A stretch of 64,000 nucleotides of DNA. Origin: Candidatus Sumerlaeota bacterium (GTDB lineage Bacteria; Sumerlaeota; Sumerlaeia; Sumerlaeales; Sumerlaeaceae). Location of the stretch: assembly GCA_012513815.1 (NCBI GenBank), contig JAAZBM010000014.1:376568-440567 (forward strand), given 5' to 3'. Shown piece by piece: positions 1 through 9,867 of this stretch. Positions within the stretch are counted from its first letter, which is position 1. The number at the start of each line of letters is the position of its first letter. The notes below the pieces were generated by a model. The model did no database searches and was not told the origin of the DNA. It was given only the letters and a program-made list of their open reading frames with translations. A program made the translations under genes and the position numbers.

Positions 1-49
1 CAGCGGTCGAAGAAATCGAGCGCGAACAAAAGAAAGGAGTCCTCAAATT

Positions 50-391
50 ATGCCCGCCGCTGTCGTCACGCTAACACTTGAAGAAGCTCGCCAACTACTG
101 CGTGCCGAGGGAAAATGCGAATCGACGCTATCGATGCCGGACGTCGCTGCCCGCTGCGGAGTTTGCATTCGCACCGTGCAGAAATGGATACGGTCGGGCG
201 AGCTGAAAGCGGTTAAACCCAACGGAGGAAGAATCTACATATTGTTGGATGACCTGCACGACTTTGACCGCAGACATTACGTCACTGCTACAGACGAAAA
301 AGGAAGTTCGACAGGGAGCAGCCTGCCGAGCGATGAAGTATATCAAAAATCACTATCGACACACACTAAACGAAAGTACATTGATAAATGA
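50..391 (+). CDS. Helix-turn-helix DNA-binding protein (excisionase/MerR-like HTH)
   Basis: 113-aa ORF with an AGGAG-like RBS upstream. HTH-like segment MPDVAARCGVCIRTVQKWIRSGELKAV is typical of excisionase-family DNA-binding domains. Confidence 0.5.
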   Translation: MPAAVVTLTLEEARQLLRAEGKCESTLSMPDVAARCGVCIRTVQKWIRSGELKAVKPNGGRIYILLDDLHDFDRRHYVTATDEKGSSTGSSLPSDEVYQKSLSTHTKRKYIDK

Positions 392-651
392 TTTATAGAA
401 ATAGTACATCGAAGTCAGATGATGATTCCCGTGATGACGCCGAGACATCATTCCGTGCGGTTTGCGAAAGTCGCGGTGTAAATTTGGAGTCGTTTGATGA
501 GTGGACGATGGAGGGTCTTATCGACATCTATCAAAAATGGTTTCCGCTCTTCAGGATGAATGACGAATTGGCCGCGTTTACCGCATTTGATATACGACTG
601 CACCGGATGCGTAGATATCGGCAGGCATACGAATCTTTGAATTTGATATAA
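388..651 (+). CDS. Hypothetical protein (87 aa)
   Basis: ORF abuts the upstream gene (ATGA overlap). No recognisable motif. Confidence 0.3.
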   Translation: MIYRNSTSKSDDDSRDDAETSFRAVCESRGVNLESFDEWTMEGLIDIYQKWFPLFRMNDELAAFTAFDIRLHRMRRYRQAYESLNLI

Positions 652-662
652 AGAATAAAACT

Positions 663-1010
663 TTGAGAAATTTAGATTGCGCAGAGATTTACAAAGAAAA
701 CATCCCCCAATCGACACTTGAGGATGGATCTGTTCACCCCGACACGGCATATGTTTATCAAGAGATGTTTTCCTCGATTTACGCCGGCAATGATTTCGCC
801 TCATGTATGGCAAACATCCGCATGCAAAACGGCAACTATCGTCTGCACAAAGTTTCGCTGATTGTCAAGCGCGACAATGACAATGAAGTTGAGGTTGCTT
901 ATGCGATTTATCAGGACATCTTCAATCAGACGATGTCTTTTGAGGACGAACAAAGTGAACTGCCCAAACTACCCTCTGAAGAACAACAAATGCCTGCCAA
1001 TGACAAATAA
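663..1010 (+). CDS. Hypothetical protein (115 aa)
   Basis: ORF ends 11 nt into the ABC ATPase start. No recognisable motif. Confidence 0.3.
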   Translation: MRNLDCAEIYKENIPQSTLEDGSVHPDTAYVYQEMFSSIYAGNDFASCMANIRMQNGNYRLHKVSLIVKRDNDNEVEVAYAIYQDIFNQTMSFEDEQSELPKLPSEEQQMPANDK

Positions 1011-1716
1011 CGACACCTCCATAATTGCCAATCTCTGCAATGTGTCAAAAGCCTATTACGGTAAGACTGCATTGCGCAATATCGACCTGACGCTGACGCA
1101 AGGACAGTCCTATGGATTGCTCGGGCCAAACGGTAGCGGTAAAACAACGCTAATGAAATTGATTGCCGGACTCCACAGACAGACGGCGGGCACCATCACC
1201 GTCATGGGCAAACCAATTACTTGGCGCACCAAAAGCGTCGTCGCCTATATGCCAACGGAAAACTTTATCTATGACGACTTTTCCGTCGAGAGTACCATCC
1301 GCTTTTTCGCGGATATGTACCGAAACTTTGACCGACAAAGAGCAACGGAGATTCTCCTTAAGCACGATATCGCGCTCAAAGTAAAAGTGGGAAAACTGTC
1401 ATCGGGCATGTCGGCAAAGCTCAAGTTCATTGTGACCCTGTGCCGCGACGCAGAGCTTTATATGTTCGACGAACCACTCAACGGTATCGACTTGTTAGCT
1501 CGCGATTTTGTCATCGAAGAACTCCAACAACTCCGAACAAAACAGAAGACGCTTGTCATTTCCAGTCACCTTGTCAACGAGATGGAGCAAGTCATCGACA
1601 CGGCGATTTTTCTCAGAAACGGCGACATTGCGCGACAGGGCAACAAGGACGAACTGGCAATGCAAACAGGCAAAGACATGACCGAACTTTACCGCGAGGT
1701 TTTCAATGCTTCTTAA
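1000..1716 (+). CDS. ABC transporter ATP-binding protein (ABC-2 exporter type)
   Basis: Walker A GPNGSGKTT, ABC signature LSSGMSAKL, Walker B LYMFDEP. Start chosen at ATG 1000 (MTNNDTS) rather than the 862 ORF-track start, which overlaps the upstream ORF. Confidence 0.85.
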   Translation: MTNNDTSIIANLCNVSKAYYGKTALRNIDLTLTQGQSYGLLGPNGSGKTTLMKLIAGLHRQTAGTITVMGKPITWRTKSVVAYMPTENFIYDDFSVESTIRFFADMYRNFDRQRATEILLKHDIALKVKVGKLSSGMSAKLKFIVTLCRDAELYMFDEPLNGIDLLARDFVIEELQQLRTKQKTLVISSHLVNEMEQVIDTAIFLRNGDIARQGNKDELAMQTGKDMTELYREVFNAS

Positions 1717-2467
1717 ACTCATCAAACACGACATGATTCGCCGCGCCCCGCTCTATGGTGCCGCCATATTCACCATCATTGTGTTGAACATCATCACCAT
1801 TTCGATTTGGGGTGTCAGTCCAAGCATTGTAGTCGTCTCGGCCCTCCCCATCAGTATCCCCGTGTTTTTTATGTTCGAGGTCTGCACCGCCTACTCGCGC
1901 GAGCTGACATACAAAAACCGCTATATGCTTTTCATGACGCCAAACAGTGGGTACAAGATTATCCTCGCCAAACTTTTGTCGCTCATCATCATCGGTTTTT
2001 TCCTCGTGGGAGTCTACGGGCTGATATTCCTTCCCAACGCCATTTACATATCCAAACAAGTCGGTCCATACGCCAGCATGTTTCCGGATGTCTTCAAGTG
2101 GTTTAAGCAACAGGACCCGATGCAGTTTATTTCTCTTGCCATCCATGCCTTCAGCGGCATCATCGGATTCATCCTGTGCATCTTCACCGCGCAAACGCTG
2201 CAAACAACATTCCTGTCGCGCATACGTTTCAGCAAGCTAATCGCCCTCGGCATCTTCCTGACACTGCTCTACATCGCCGGATACTGCTTCGGTGCAATCA
2301 GCCTCTTTGTACAGGACATCTTGCTCAACTATGAGTTTTATCGGCAGAGTTCATTCATACAACGCGAAGCGCTCTGGGGCATTCCAATGATTATCATCGA
2401 AGCCCTCGGCTCGGCGTGCCTTGTCGGATTCAACGGCTATCTGCTCGAGCACAAAATCAATCTCTAA
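1706..2467 (+). CDS. ABC-2 type transporter permease (polytopic membrane protein)
   Basis: Start overlaps the ATPase stop. About six hydrophobic helices. Arrangement is typical of ABC-2 exporter pairs. Confidence 0.6.
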   Translation: MLLKLIKHDMIRRAPLYGAAIFTIIVLNIITISIWGVSPSIVVVSALPISIPVFFMFEVCTAYSRELTYKNRYMLFMTPNSGYKIILAKLLSLIIIGFFLVGVYGLIFLPNAIYISKQVGPYASMFPDVFKWFKQQDPMQFISLAIHAFSGIIGFILCIFTAQTLQTTFLSRIRFSKLIALGIFLTLLYIAGYCFGAISLFVQDILLNYEFYRQSSFIQREALWGIPMIIIEALGSACLVGFNGYLLEHKINL

Positions 2468-3090
2468 GAATCAAAAACGACTGTCCGCTCATGGATAGAC
2501 CAAGCCTGTTCGGTGATTCGTTTCAAACATTCACTATACAGTTCATGTTCTTGTTCCAGAATCCGTTGTGACAAAGTCTCCTCCGTATCCGTATCCAACA
2601 CGGGCACTGTGCGCTGACCAATAATCGGCCCGCTATCCAAACCTGCGTCGACAAAATGCACCGTACACCCACTGACTTTCACGCCGTAACGCAAGGTCTG
2701 CGCATGCGCGTGCAACCCCGGAAACGACGGAAGCAACGAGGGATGAATATTGACAATCGCGCATGGCCACGCATCCAAAAGGGTCTTGCCGACAATGCGC
2801 ATATAACCGGCGAGTATCAGTAAATCGACGCCAAGACGCTTCATCTCGGTCACGATGTATTGCTCGAAATCTGCAAGTGATTCAAAATCCGCCGCACACT
2901 TGTCCAGACAAACAATATCTTTGTCTGCCGCGAATGCTAATCCCGGAGCGCCCGCCTTGTTGGAAGCAACACACACTACTCGCAATTTCCGGAAATATCC
3001 GGCTTGCTCATGCTGCACTATCGCGCGAAAATTCGAGCCTCGACCGGAGAGTAGCACACCGGCGCGTATCTCCGCTTTCTCGTTCAACAT
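2464..3090 (-). CDS. purN: Phosphoribosylglycinamide formyltransferase
   Basis: Motifs VLLSGRGSNFRAI and NIHPSLLPSFPGLHAHAQ and a GCTVHFVDAGLDSGPII formyl-transferase core. Confidence 0.9.
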   Translation of the reverse strand: MLNEKAEIRAGVLLSGRGSNFRAIVQHEQAGYFRKLRVVCVASNKAGAPGLAFAADKDIVCLDKCAADFESLADFEQYIVTEMKRLGVDLLILAGYMRIVGKTLLDAWPCAIVNIHPSLLPSFPGLHAHAQTLRYGVKVSGCTVHFVDAGLDSGPIIGQRTVPVLDTDTEETLSQRILEQEHELYSECLKRITEQAWSIHERTVVFDS

Positions 3091-3102
3091 AAAATACGAT
3101 TA

Positions 3103-3534
3103 TCAGTGACTGTGGGGAACAGCAATTTTTGTATCATAAGCCCAAAGCAAATCACCATGAACCGAACACTTTGGCCGTTGACCAATGCTACCAATAATGT
3201 AGTTCCCACCGCAAGGGCACTTGGCCGTGAAGACCTGACGAGACTGGGTATCATCATCACACGCAGAACGGCGACCATATTTATACATACGGAAATAGCG
3301 ATGCGCAAGCACTTCGGGCTTGGGACACATCTGACCGGCCTTGGCGCCCGTATCGCGAGCCCACTCTTGTTTCGCGTCAAGCAACATCTCAAGATTATAC
3401 AAGCAAATCATGCGACGACCACGATCATCCATCGGGACATCAATTCTCTGTTTTTTCAGAGGACCACAGCAACCTGACGTAACAGCCAATGTAAAAGCCA
3501 TCAATACCAAGAAACGAAATTTTATGCCGGACAT
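3103..3534 (-). CDS. Cys-rich secreted/lipoprotein-like hypothetical protein
   Basis: N-terminal signal-like hydrophobic segment ending in CC. No recognisable catalytic motif. Confidence 0.4.
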   Translation of the reverse strand: MSGIKFRFLVLMAFTLAVTSGCCGPLKKQRIDVPMDDRGRRMICLYNLEMLLDAKQEWARDTGAKAGQMCPKPEVLAHRYFRMYKYGRRSACDDDTQSRQVFTAKCPCGGNYIIGSIGQRPKCSVHGDLLWAYDTKIAVPHSH

Positions 3535-3624
3535 ATTTGTCTGATTCCTTTTACCAATATAACTTATTATACTAAGCAGATAAAAACACTATTCGGTTAA
3601 ACTCAACCCGAGACGAAATTATAT

Positions 3625-4644
3625 TCATTGAGTGACAAGTTTTATGACGGATTCTCGCTCGATAATGGTCGGTTTAAACAACACGGGGCCTTCATTCTTT
3701 TTTTTGCTGTGCCGTCCCGACGATTGCTGCGCCAAAAGCATCTCCGCTGCGCAGCGACCGATTTGTCGCACAGGCCAGACCACGGTTGTCAGCGGCGGCC
3801 CTAGCAAACCGGAGGCCATAATATCATCACAACCAATCACACTCACATCATCCGGGATGCGAAGCTTCAATATTTGCGCGGCCCGATAAACACTAATCGC
3901 CAACAAATCATTGTAGCAAACCACACCTGTAGGGCGCGGCGTCGCCTTGAGCAACTCCAATGCCATCCCCACCTGTTCATCGCTGTCCGTCCCGGGATAC
4001 TTCACGAGAGGCTCGCAACCACCTGTTGCACGCTGATAAACCCGCGCAAAACCTGCAAGCCTACGTGACGAATGTGTCTGCGTACTCGGCCCGGACATAT
4101 AGCCGATATGCCTATGCCCATGCGACAACATATACTTCGCTGACAACGCTCCCGCTAATTCATCGTCAATATTGACACACGCGCTGTTGATGCCCGGAAC
4201 TTCCCCAATGGTCACAAAGCTTGTCTGTTTTGAAACACTCATCAGATGTCTGTGGTCATCCGCAATCTGAATGGGAGCCATGATAATTCCCCGCACACGA
4301 TACGACAACATCGTCGAAACGGCGGATGCCTCTTCTGTGCGGTCATCGTGACTATCAACCAGAAGCAAATGCAGACCCGCCGGCTGAACAACATCGCAAA
4401 TTCCCTGCACCATCTGCATATAAAACGGATTGCATAAATCACGAATGACAACGCCAATCATATTGGTCGTCTGGTTTTGCAGTTGCAACGCAAGACGATT
4501 CGGATGGAAACCCTGTTCTTCAACGACACGCAAAACATTCTCGCGAGTCGCCGCACTCACCCATTTTTTGCCGTTCAGGACGGCGGAAACCGTCTGACGA
4601 CAAACACCGCACAAGTCGGCTATTTCGGTCATATTGAGAGACAT
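3625..4644 (-). CDS. LacI-family transcriptional regulator
   Basis: N-terminal HTH (MTEIADLCGVCRQTVSAVLNGK) followed by a periplasmic-binding-protein-like sugar-binding fold. Confidence 0.85.
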   Translation of the reverse strand: MSLNMTEIADLCGVCRQTVSAVLNGKKWVSAATRENVLRVVEEQGFHPNRLALQLQNQTTNMIGVVIRDLCNPFYMQMVQGICDVVQPAGLHLLLVDSHDDRTEEASAVSTMLSYRVRGIIMAPIQIADDHRHLMSVSKQTSFVTIGEVPGINSACVNIDDELAGALSAKYMLSHGHRHIGYMSGPSTQTHSSRRLAGFARVYQRATGGCEPLVKYPGTDSDEQVGMALELLKATPRPTGVVCYNDLLAISVYRAAQILKLRIPDDVSVIGCDDIMASGLLGPPLTTVVWPVRQIGRCAAEMLLAQQSSGRHSKKKNEGPVLFKPTIIERESVIKLVTQ

Positions 4645-4660
4645 CTATACCCGTTCTCGT

Positions 4661-5701
4661 CTAATAAACTTCCGGCTTCGGATCACGTGTCAACAAACTC
4701 AGTGCCGCATCACGCAATGGGTAATTCTCGTAAGAAACTTTATAAATCATCGTCACGATTGGCATCTCGACATTGAGCCGAAGACTCAAGTCATACGCAG
4801 AATGCGCCGTGCGATAGCCCTCGACGACAGCGCCGACTTCCTTCAGAGCATCCGCAGGAGCATAACCCTCCGCAAGCAACTGCCCAAACATTCGGTTACG
4901 TGAATGACGGCTCATCGTTGTCACCACCAAATCGCCAAGACCGGTCAACCCAGACAGCGTTTCACGTGTACCCCCCATCGCAATGACTGCGCGCCCCATT
5001 TCTGTCAAGGCACGCGTAATCAGAGCCGCTTTCGTATTGTCGCCATACCCCAGACCATCACAAACGCCCGCAGCGATGGCGATGACATTCTTGACGGCGG
5101 CGCCCATCTCGACACCCACAACATCATTATGAGTATAGATGCGCAATTCAGGAATCATAAACAGCTTCTGCGTCAACAATGCACTCGACGGATTCTCCGA
5201 CGCGGCAACAATCAAGGTAGGAATCTTCCGTGAGACTTCCTCGGCATGGGTCGGGCCACTGAGAACGACATAGTTTTGCATCGCATCTGCGCCAAAAACT
5301 TCCGCGAATACTTGCGACGGCAACTTCAGTGCACCCTCTTCGATTCCCTTGGAGCAGGACACGAAAAGACGATCGCCCAAGCCACGGCGGGTAGCCGCAA
5401 TCGCGTTGCAAACGCTACGCACCGCAAAAGATGGAACGACGGACACAATGACATCAGCCGAATCACTGGCCTTTTCGAGGTCAGGCTCAAACATCAGCGT
5501 CGGATGCAAATCAAGGTTCAGTGGTGCACCAAAATGATGACTCTCGGTCAAACTCGCAAGCTTCCCCGCGTCAATATCCCAGACAACACAGGAATGTCCT
5601 TTTTCCGAAATCAAATTAGCAAGAGTAATTCCCCAAGCGCCGGCGCCAAGCAAACAAATCTTCAGAGAAGACACATCACCCGTCAACAGTTCCGATTCCA
5701 T
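4661..5701 (-). CDS. gpsA: NAD(P)H-dependent glycerol-3-phosphate dehydrogenase
   Basis: KICLLGAGAWGITLA Rossmann motif and GpsA-like body. Start trimmed to MESELL (ATG 5699-5701) to avoid a 62-nt overlap with plsY. Confidence 0.9.
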   Translation of the reverse strand: MESELLTGDVSSLKICLLGAGAWGITLANLISEKGHSCVVWDIDAGKLASLTESHHFGAPLNLDLHPTLMFEPDLEKASDSADVIVSVVPSFAVRSVCNAIAATRRGLGDRLFVSCSKGIEEGALKLPSQVFAEVFGADAMQNYVVLSGPTHAEEVSRKIPTLIVAASENPSSALLTQKLFMIPELRIYTHNDVVGVEMGAAVKNVIAIAAGVCDGLGYGDNTKAALITRALTEMGRAVIAMGGTRETLSGLTGLGDLVVTTMSRHSRNRMFGQLLAEGYAPADALKEVGAVVEGYRTAHSAYDLSLRLNVEMPIVTMIYKVSYENYPLRDAALSLLTRDPKPEVY

Positions 5702-5702
5702 A

Positions 5703-6593
5703 TCAGTGGTTTTCCTCACTGTCATCCGCGGGCTTGACATCCTCCGCTTCGACGATATCAGCATCCGCTTTCACAGGTTCAATGTCAACAGCCACAGGCT
5801 CGGCATCAACGGAAACCGGTTCGGCGTCCGCTGTCGCAGGTTCGGCATCGGCAGACTCAGCATTGGCATCGGCAGGAGCGGGTTGATCCTCACCTTCGGC
5901 CGTAGGCTCCGTAGCCTGAGCATCATCCGATGTCTCAGTGCTAGATTTCCAGAAATGCTTCTCCGTCCCCAAAAACAGACGCTCAATGTTTTTCGTATGG
6001 CGCAGAATCAAAATGCAACCTAACACGATTGTCACGTAAAACATGGATGACGGTAGAGTCGAGAAATAAACAAATATCGGAAACAGGAAGGCGCCAACAA
6101 TCGAACCGATGGACACATAACCTGTCGCGGCAATCAGAATAACGCCAATGAGTGCGACGCAAGCAATCTGAACGGGAGCTATCGCCATTAGCGCGCCAAG
6201 AGCCGTAGCGACACCCTTGCCACCACGCCACCCAAGCCAAGGGCAAAAGCAATGACCCGAAACAACGCCGAGCGCAATCAATAACTGTGGATACATCGAC
6301 GGTGAATTGAACGAAAACAGACGCGTAAACAGCCAAACAGCAACAAAGCCTTTGAGGATATCCAGTATCAAACAAACGATCCCCGGAGCTGTGCCAAGAA
6401 GACGCATGACGTTCGTCGCGCCAAGATTACAACTCCCATGTTCACGGACATCAATACCGTAAAAATACTTCCCGATAAGATATCCCGAAGGAAAACTCCC
6501 TAAAAGAAAAGCAAGTATTACTGCCAATACTAATAACATGGTGTTCCGTCTCCTATTATAAAAGATGAACGGCGATGCGGAGGAAGTCAGCAA
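5703..6593 (-). CDS. plsY: Glycerol-3-phosphate acyltransferase PlsY with unusual acidic repetitive C-terminal tail
   Basis: FPSGYLIGK, GSCNLGATNVMR and membrane helices in the first ~200 aa. The C-terminal ~95 aa are low-complexity acidic repeats (DAEPV/ADAEP). Confidence 0.85.
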   Translation of the reverse strand: MLTSSASPFIFYNRRRNTMLLVLAVILAFLLGSFPSGYLIGKYFYGIDVREHGSCNLGATNVMRLLGTAPGIVCLILDILKGFVAVWLFTRLFSFNSPSMYPQLLIALGVVSGHCFCPWLGWRGGKGVATALGALMAIAPVQIACVALIGVILIAATGYVSIGSIVGAFLFPIFVYFSTLPSSMFYVTIVLGCILILRHTKNIERLFLGTEKHFWKSSTETSDDAQATEPTAEGEDQPAPADANAESADAEPATADAEPVSVDAEPVAVDIEPVKADADIVEAEDVKPADDSEENH

Positions 6594-6684
6594 CGCGCTA
6601 CTGTTTACTATAGTAATACCAATAAAAGGAAACTTTTCAAATAATATAATTTGTTAAAGACAACTGAGAAATGACAAACCTATC

Positions 6685-8004
6685 ATGATAAAACTAATTA
6701 AACTGAGCATTTTCCTTTGCGTAATGGGCATCTGTTGTGTACTCGCAGGATGCTCCAAAGCGCAAAAACGGCAAATCGTCGACGAACAGGGCAACAAAAT
6801 CATCAGCTTTTACACAATGCAACTTAAAACGGATTTCTCGGATTTCATTAACGGAATGATTTCTGAATTTGAGCAAAACAATCCAAAGGTCAAAATCAAA
6901 TGGATTGACCAGCCCGCGGATGGATTCGAGACAAAGCTCATGTCGATGTACTCTGTCGGCGAATCGCCGGATGTCATCAACCTGAACACAGGAATGATGC
7001 TCAACCTTCATGACCGCAACCTCTTGCTGAACCTCAACGATTACCTGACCACCAAACAGCGCTCGATGTTTGTCAAGTCAATGATTGACGAAGCTTGCAC
7101 TTTCAACGGTAACACTGCCGGCTTGCCATGGTATATCTCCCCCGCCGTCACCATGATTAACACGGAAGTCTTCAAAAAAGCCGGACTTGATCCAACTCAT
7201 GCACCGATGACTTTGGACGAACTCATGGACTACTGCCGCATTATTCGCGAAAAAACGGGACTGTTCGGCGTCATGCTACCGCTGGCCGAAAATGGTGTCT
7301 TCAGGACAATGATCCTCAATGAGGGAATCCCGCTCACGAACCCTGAGAAAACGCAAGCAATCTTTGCAAATGAGCGTTCTGCCGAAGTCTTGCGCAAGTA
7401 CAAGAACGCCTATGACAAAGAATGGATTCCTCGCGAAAGTGTCACGGGTAAGCACCGCAGAGCAATTGATATGTTCAAGAACGGCAAAGCCGCAATGCTC
7501 GTCAACGGTCCGCAATTCCTCCGCACAATCAAGACAGAGGCGCCCGACATCTATACATCTTGCAGCATTGGTTTCACGGCACCAAGACTGCCAAACTACA
7601 CATACGGCACGGAAACGCAGGCGGTATGCATCTCGGCAAAAACGGCACACCCCAAAGAGGCCTTGGCTTTTGCGCTTTGGCTCTGCGCCCCCAAAAACCA
7701 GCTTCAATTCTCGCATCTTGTGCCCGTTTTCCCCTCAACGACCGAGGCATTGGCCGACCCATATTTCGCTGACAAGGGCACCACACCAGAACAAATGGCG
7801 ATCTACATCGGTGCGCAGGAAGTAGCCAAAGGCGTCCCCAATGTCCCAACGCTGCCACTCGATGGCAAGCTGTGCCGCGCTATTGACGACATGGTACGTC
7901 AGGTGTTCCTCCGAAATGTTCCCCCGGAGAAAGCTCTCGAACAGGCTCAGGAACGATGGAATCGCATTCTTGCTTCTCACAAACAGAAGGAGACCGGAAA
8001 ATGA
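6685..8004 (+). CDS. ABC transporter extracellular solute-binding protein (family 1, sugar-type), lipoprotein
   Basis: Signal peptide with lipobox (LAGCS). SBP_bac_1-like body. Followed by two MalF/MalG-type permeases. Confidence 0.8.
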   Translation: MIKLIKLSIFLCVMGICCVLAGCSKAQKRQIVDEQGNKIISFYTMQLKTDFSDFINGMISEFEQNNPKVKIKWIDQPADGFETKLMSMYSVGESPDVINLNTGMMLNLHDRNLLLNLNDYLTTKQRSMFVKSMIDEACTFNGNTAGLPWYISPAVTMINTEVFKKAGLDPTHAPMTLDELMDYCRIIREKTGLFGVMLPLAENGVFRTMILNEGIPLTNPEKTQAIFANERSAEVLRKYKNAYDKEWIPRESVTGKHRRAIDMFKNGKAAMLVNGPQFLRTIKTEAPDIYTSCSIGFTAPRLPNYTYGTETQAVCISAKTAHPKEALAFALWLCAPKNQLQFSHLVPVFPSTTEALADPYFADKGTTPEQMAIYIGAQEVAKGVPNVPTLPLDGKLCRAIDDMVRQVFLRNVPPEKALEQAQERWNRILASHKQKETGK

Positions 8005-8909
8005 AAAACAGTTTACTCAAGAGAAAACTGAAGACAACATCAATTGCCTATTTGTTTTTGGCTCCCGCGATACTCATCATGGCCATCTTCGTCATGTACC
8101 CCGTTTTGCAAGGATTCTGGCTTTCCTTCTACCAATGCGACCCATACTCATCCGAGGCAACTTTCATCGGTTGGGACAACTACAGACAACTGATTGCTGA
8201 CCCGCAATTTCGCATCACGCTGTGCAACTCAATCCTTTACCTCATCGTCGTCCCTATTATTATCATCTTATCACTCGGGATGGCAGTGCTCGTCGAGCCG
8301 CTTCTGCCCGGTGTCAACTTCTTCCGAGCAGCATGGTACATCCCCGTCGTCACCACAATGGTTGTCGTGGGCGTATCGTTCCGCTTCATTTTCAGCGAAG
8401 ACGACGGACTTATCAATGAAGTCCTCAAATACATGGGCATCATACAACAATCAATTCCGTGGATGACGGAAAAATGGTTGGTGTTGATAACAGTCATGGT
8501 TGTCACCATATGGAAAGGATTAGGCTACTACATGGTGGCATTCATTGCGGCACTACGCGCCGTGCCCATCGAACAGATTGAGGCAGCCATTGTCGACGGC
8601 GCAAAGCCGTGGTCAATCTTCCGCAATGTCAAACTGCCAAACCTCTGGCCCACCATCACACTGGTCGCGATTTTGTCCTCCATCGGTGCGCTGCAGGCCT
8701 TTGACGAAATCTACGTCTTAACAAGAGGCGCTGTGCCCGAAGCGACAACATTAGTCTATTACATTTACGAAATGGGATTTGACGCAAGCCAAAGCTCATA
8801 TGAATACGGTTATGCGAGTGCCATGGCAGTCGTACTGTTCTTCATTGTCCTTGCATTCACGGCACTCAACCTTTGGACAATGAGAAAGGGAGGCTGGAGC
8901 AATGACTAA
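8001..8909 (+). CDS. Sugar ABC transporter permease (MalF/UgpA-like)
   Basis: Polytopic. EAA-like loop EAAIVDGAKPWSIFRNVKLP. Start set at ATG 8001 overlapping the SBP stop. Confidence 0.85.
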   Translation: MKNSLLKRKLKTTSIAYLFLAPAILIMAIFVMYPVLQGFWLSFYQCDPYSSEATFIGWDNYRQLIADPQFRITLCNSILYLIVVPIIIILSLGMAVLVEPLLPGVNFFRAAWYIPVVTTMVVVGVSFRFIFSEDDGLINEVLKYMGIIQQSIPWMTEKWLVLITVMVVTIWKGLGYYMVAFIAALRAVPIEQIEAAIVDGAKPWSIFRNVKLPNLWPTITLVAILSSIGALQAFDEIYVLTRGAVPEATTLVYYIYEMGFDASQSSYEYGYASAMAVVLFFIVLAFTALNLWTMRKGGWSND

Positions 8910-9789
8910 TAAGCAACAAGATCCCAGAATGTATCTCATGCGGATTACCGATTCAAGCTCACCGCAAATGCATAAATTGATGCTTGTGTTACGCTATCTC
9001 CTGATGATATTCGTGACAGCCATCATGGTCGGGCCGTTCCTGTGGTTGGCATACCTGAGTGTTCGCATGACAGGAAACATCTACACGTGGCCGGAAGCAT
9101 GGAGCGATTTCTCCTTGCGGAGTTATCTCTTCGTGTGGAACACCCCCGAAATGAACATCAAACCAGCCTTCATCAACAGTGTTGTCGTCGCGATTGTATC
9201 AGTCGCGACCACCGTACTCGTCGCAAGCTTGGCGGCCTATCCCCTTGCGAGACTCGAATTCTTCGGTAAACGAATCGTCTTCATGTTCATCCTCTGCACC
9301 CTGATGGTGCCATTCCAACTTTATATGATTCCCCTGTTCAGACTGGTAACACAAGACCTCAGACTGGCCAATACATACACGGGCGTCATTCTGCCGTTTG
9401 TCGCAAGTGTCTTCGGAATCTACTTGATTAAGCAATTCTACGAGACGATTCCGGTTGATTTGGACGAAGCGGCACGCGTTGACGGAGCGGGCGAATTCAG
9501 ACTCTGGTGGCAAATCCTGTTACCAATGACGAAACCGGCGATGGGCACACTCGCGATATTCTCATTTGTCGGCAGCTGGAGCAACTTCCTCTGGCCGTTG
9601 CTTGTACTGCAAGCCGACGAGAAAATGACACTGCCGGTACAGATTGTCCAACTCTCAGGAGCCTTTGTCGACAGAATCAGCTATCTGGCGGCGGGTTCGG
9701 TCATCGCCATTGTACCTGTCATTCTCTTCTTCCTCTTCCTGCAAAAATGGTTCCTTGGAGGATTGACGTTGGGCTCTGTCAAAGGATAA
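8902..9789 (+). CDS. Sugar ABC transporter permease (MalG/UgpE-like)
   Basis: EAA-like loop DEAARVDGAGEFRLWWQILLP. Polytopic. Overlaps the upstream permease. Confidence 0.85.
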   Translation: MTNKQQDPRMYLMRITDSSSPQMHKLMLVLRYLLMIFVTAIMVGPFLWLAYLSVRMTGNIYTWPEAWSDFSLRSYLFVWNTPEMNIKPAFINSVVVAIVSVATTVLVASLAAYPLARLEFFGKRIVFMFILCTLMVPFQLYMIPLFRLVTQDLRLANTYTGVILPFVASVFGIYLIKQFYETIPVDLDEAARVDGAGEFRLWWQILLPMTKPAMGTLAIFSFVGSWSNFLWPLLVLQADEKMTLPVQIVQLSGAFVDRISYLAAGSVIAIVPVILFFLFLQKWFLGGLTLGSVKG

Positions 9790-9867
9790 CAGCCTCTACA
9801 TAATAAAGAAGAACCCAAATAATCTGTACTTGCCTCAAGTACAACATTTACAGCACGAGGTAGAAAT

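Noticed and set aside
862-999. Upstream 46-codon extension of the ABC ATPase ORF
   Set aside because: It overlaps the preceding ORF. The conserved ABC N-terminus begins at the ATG at 1000.
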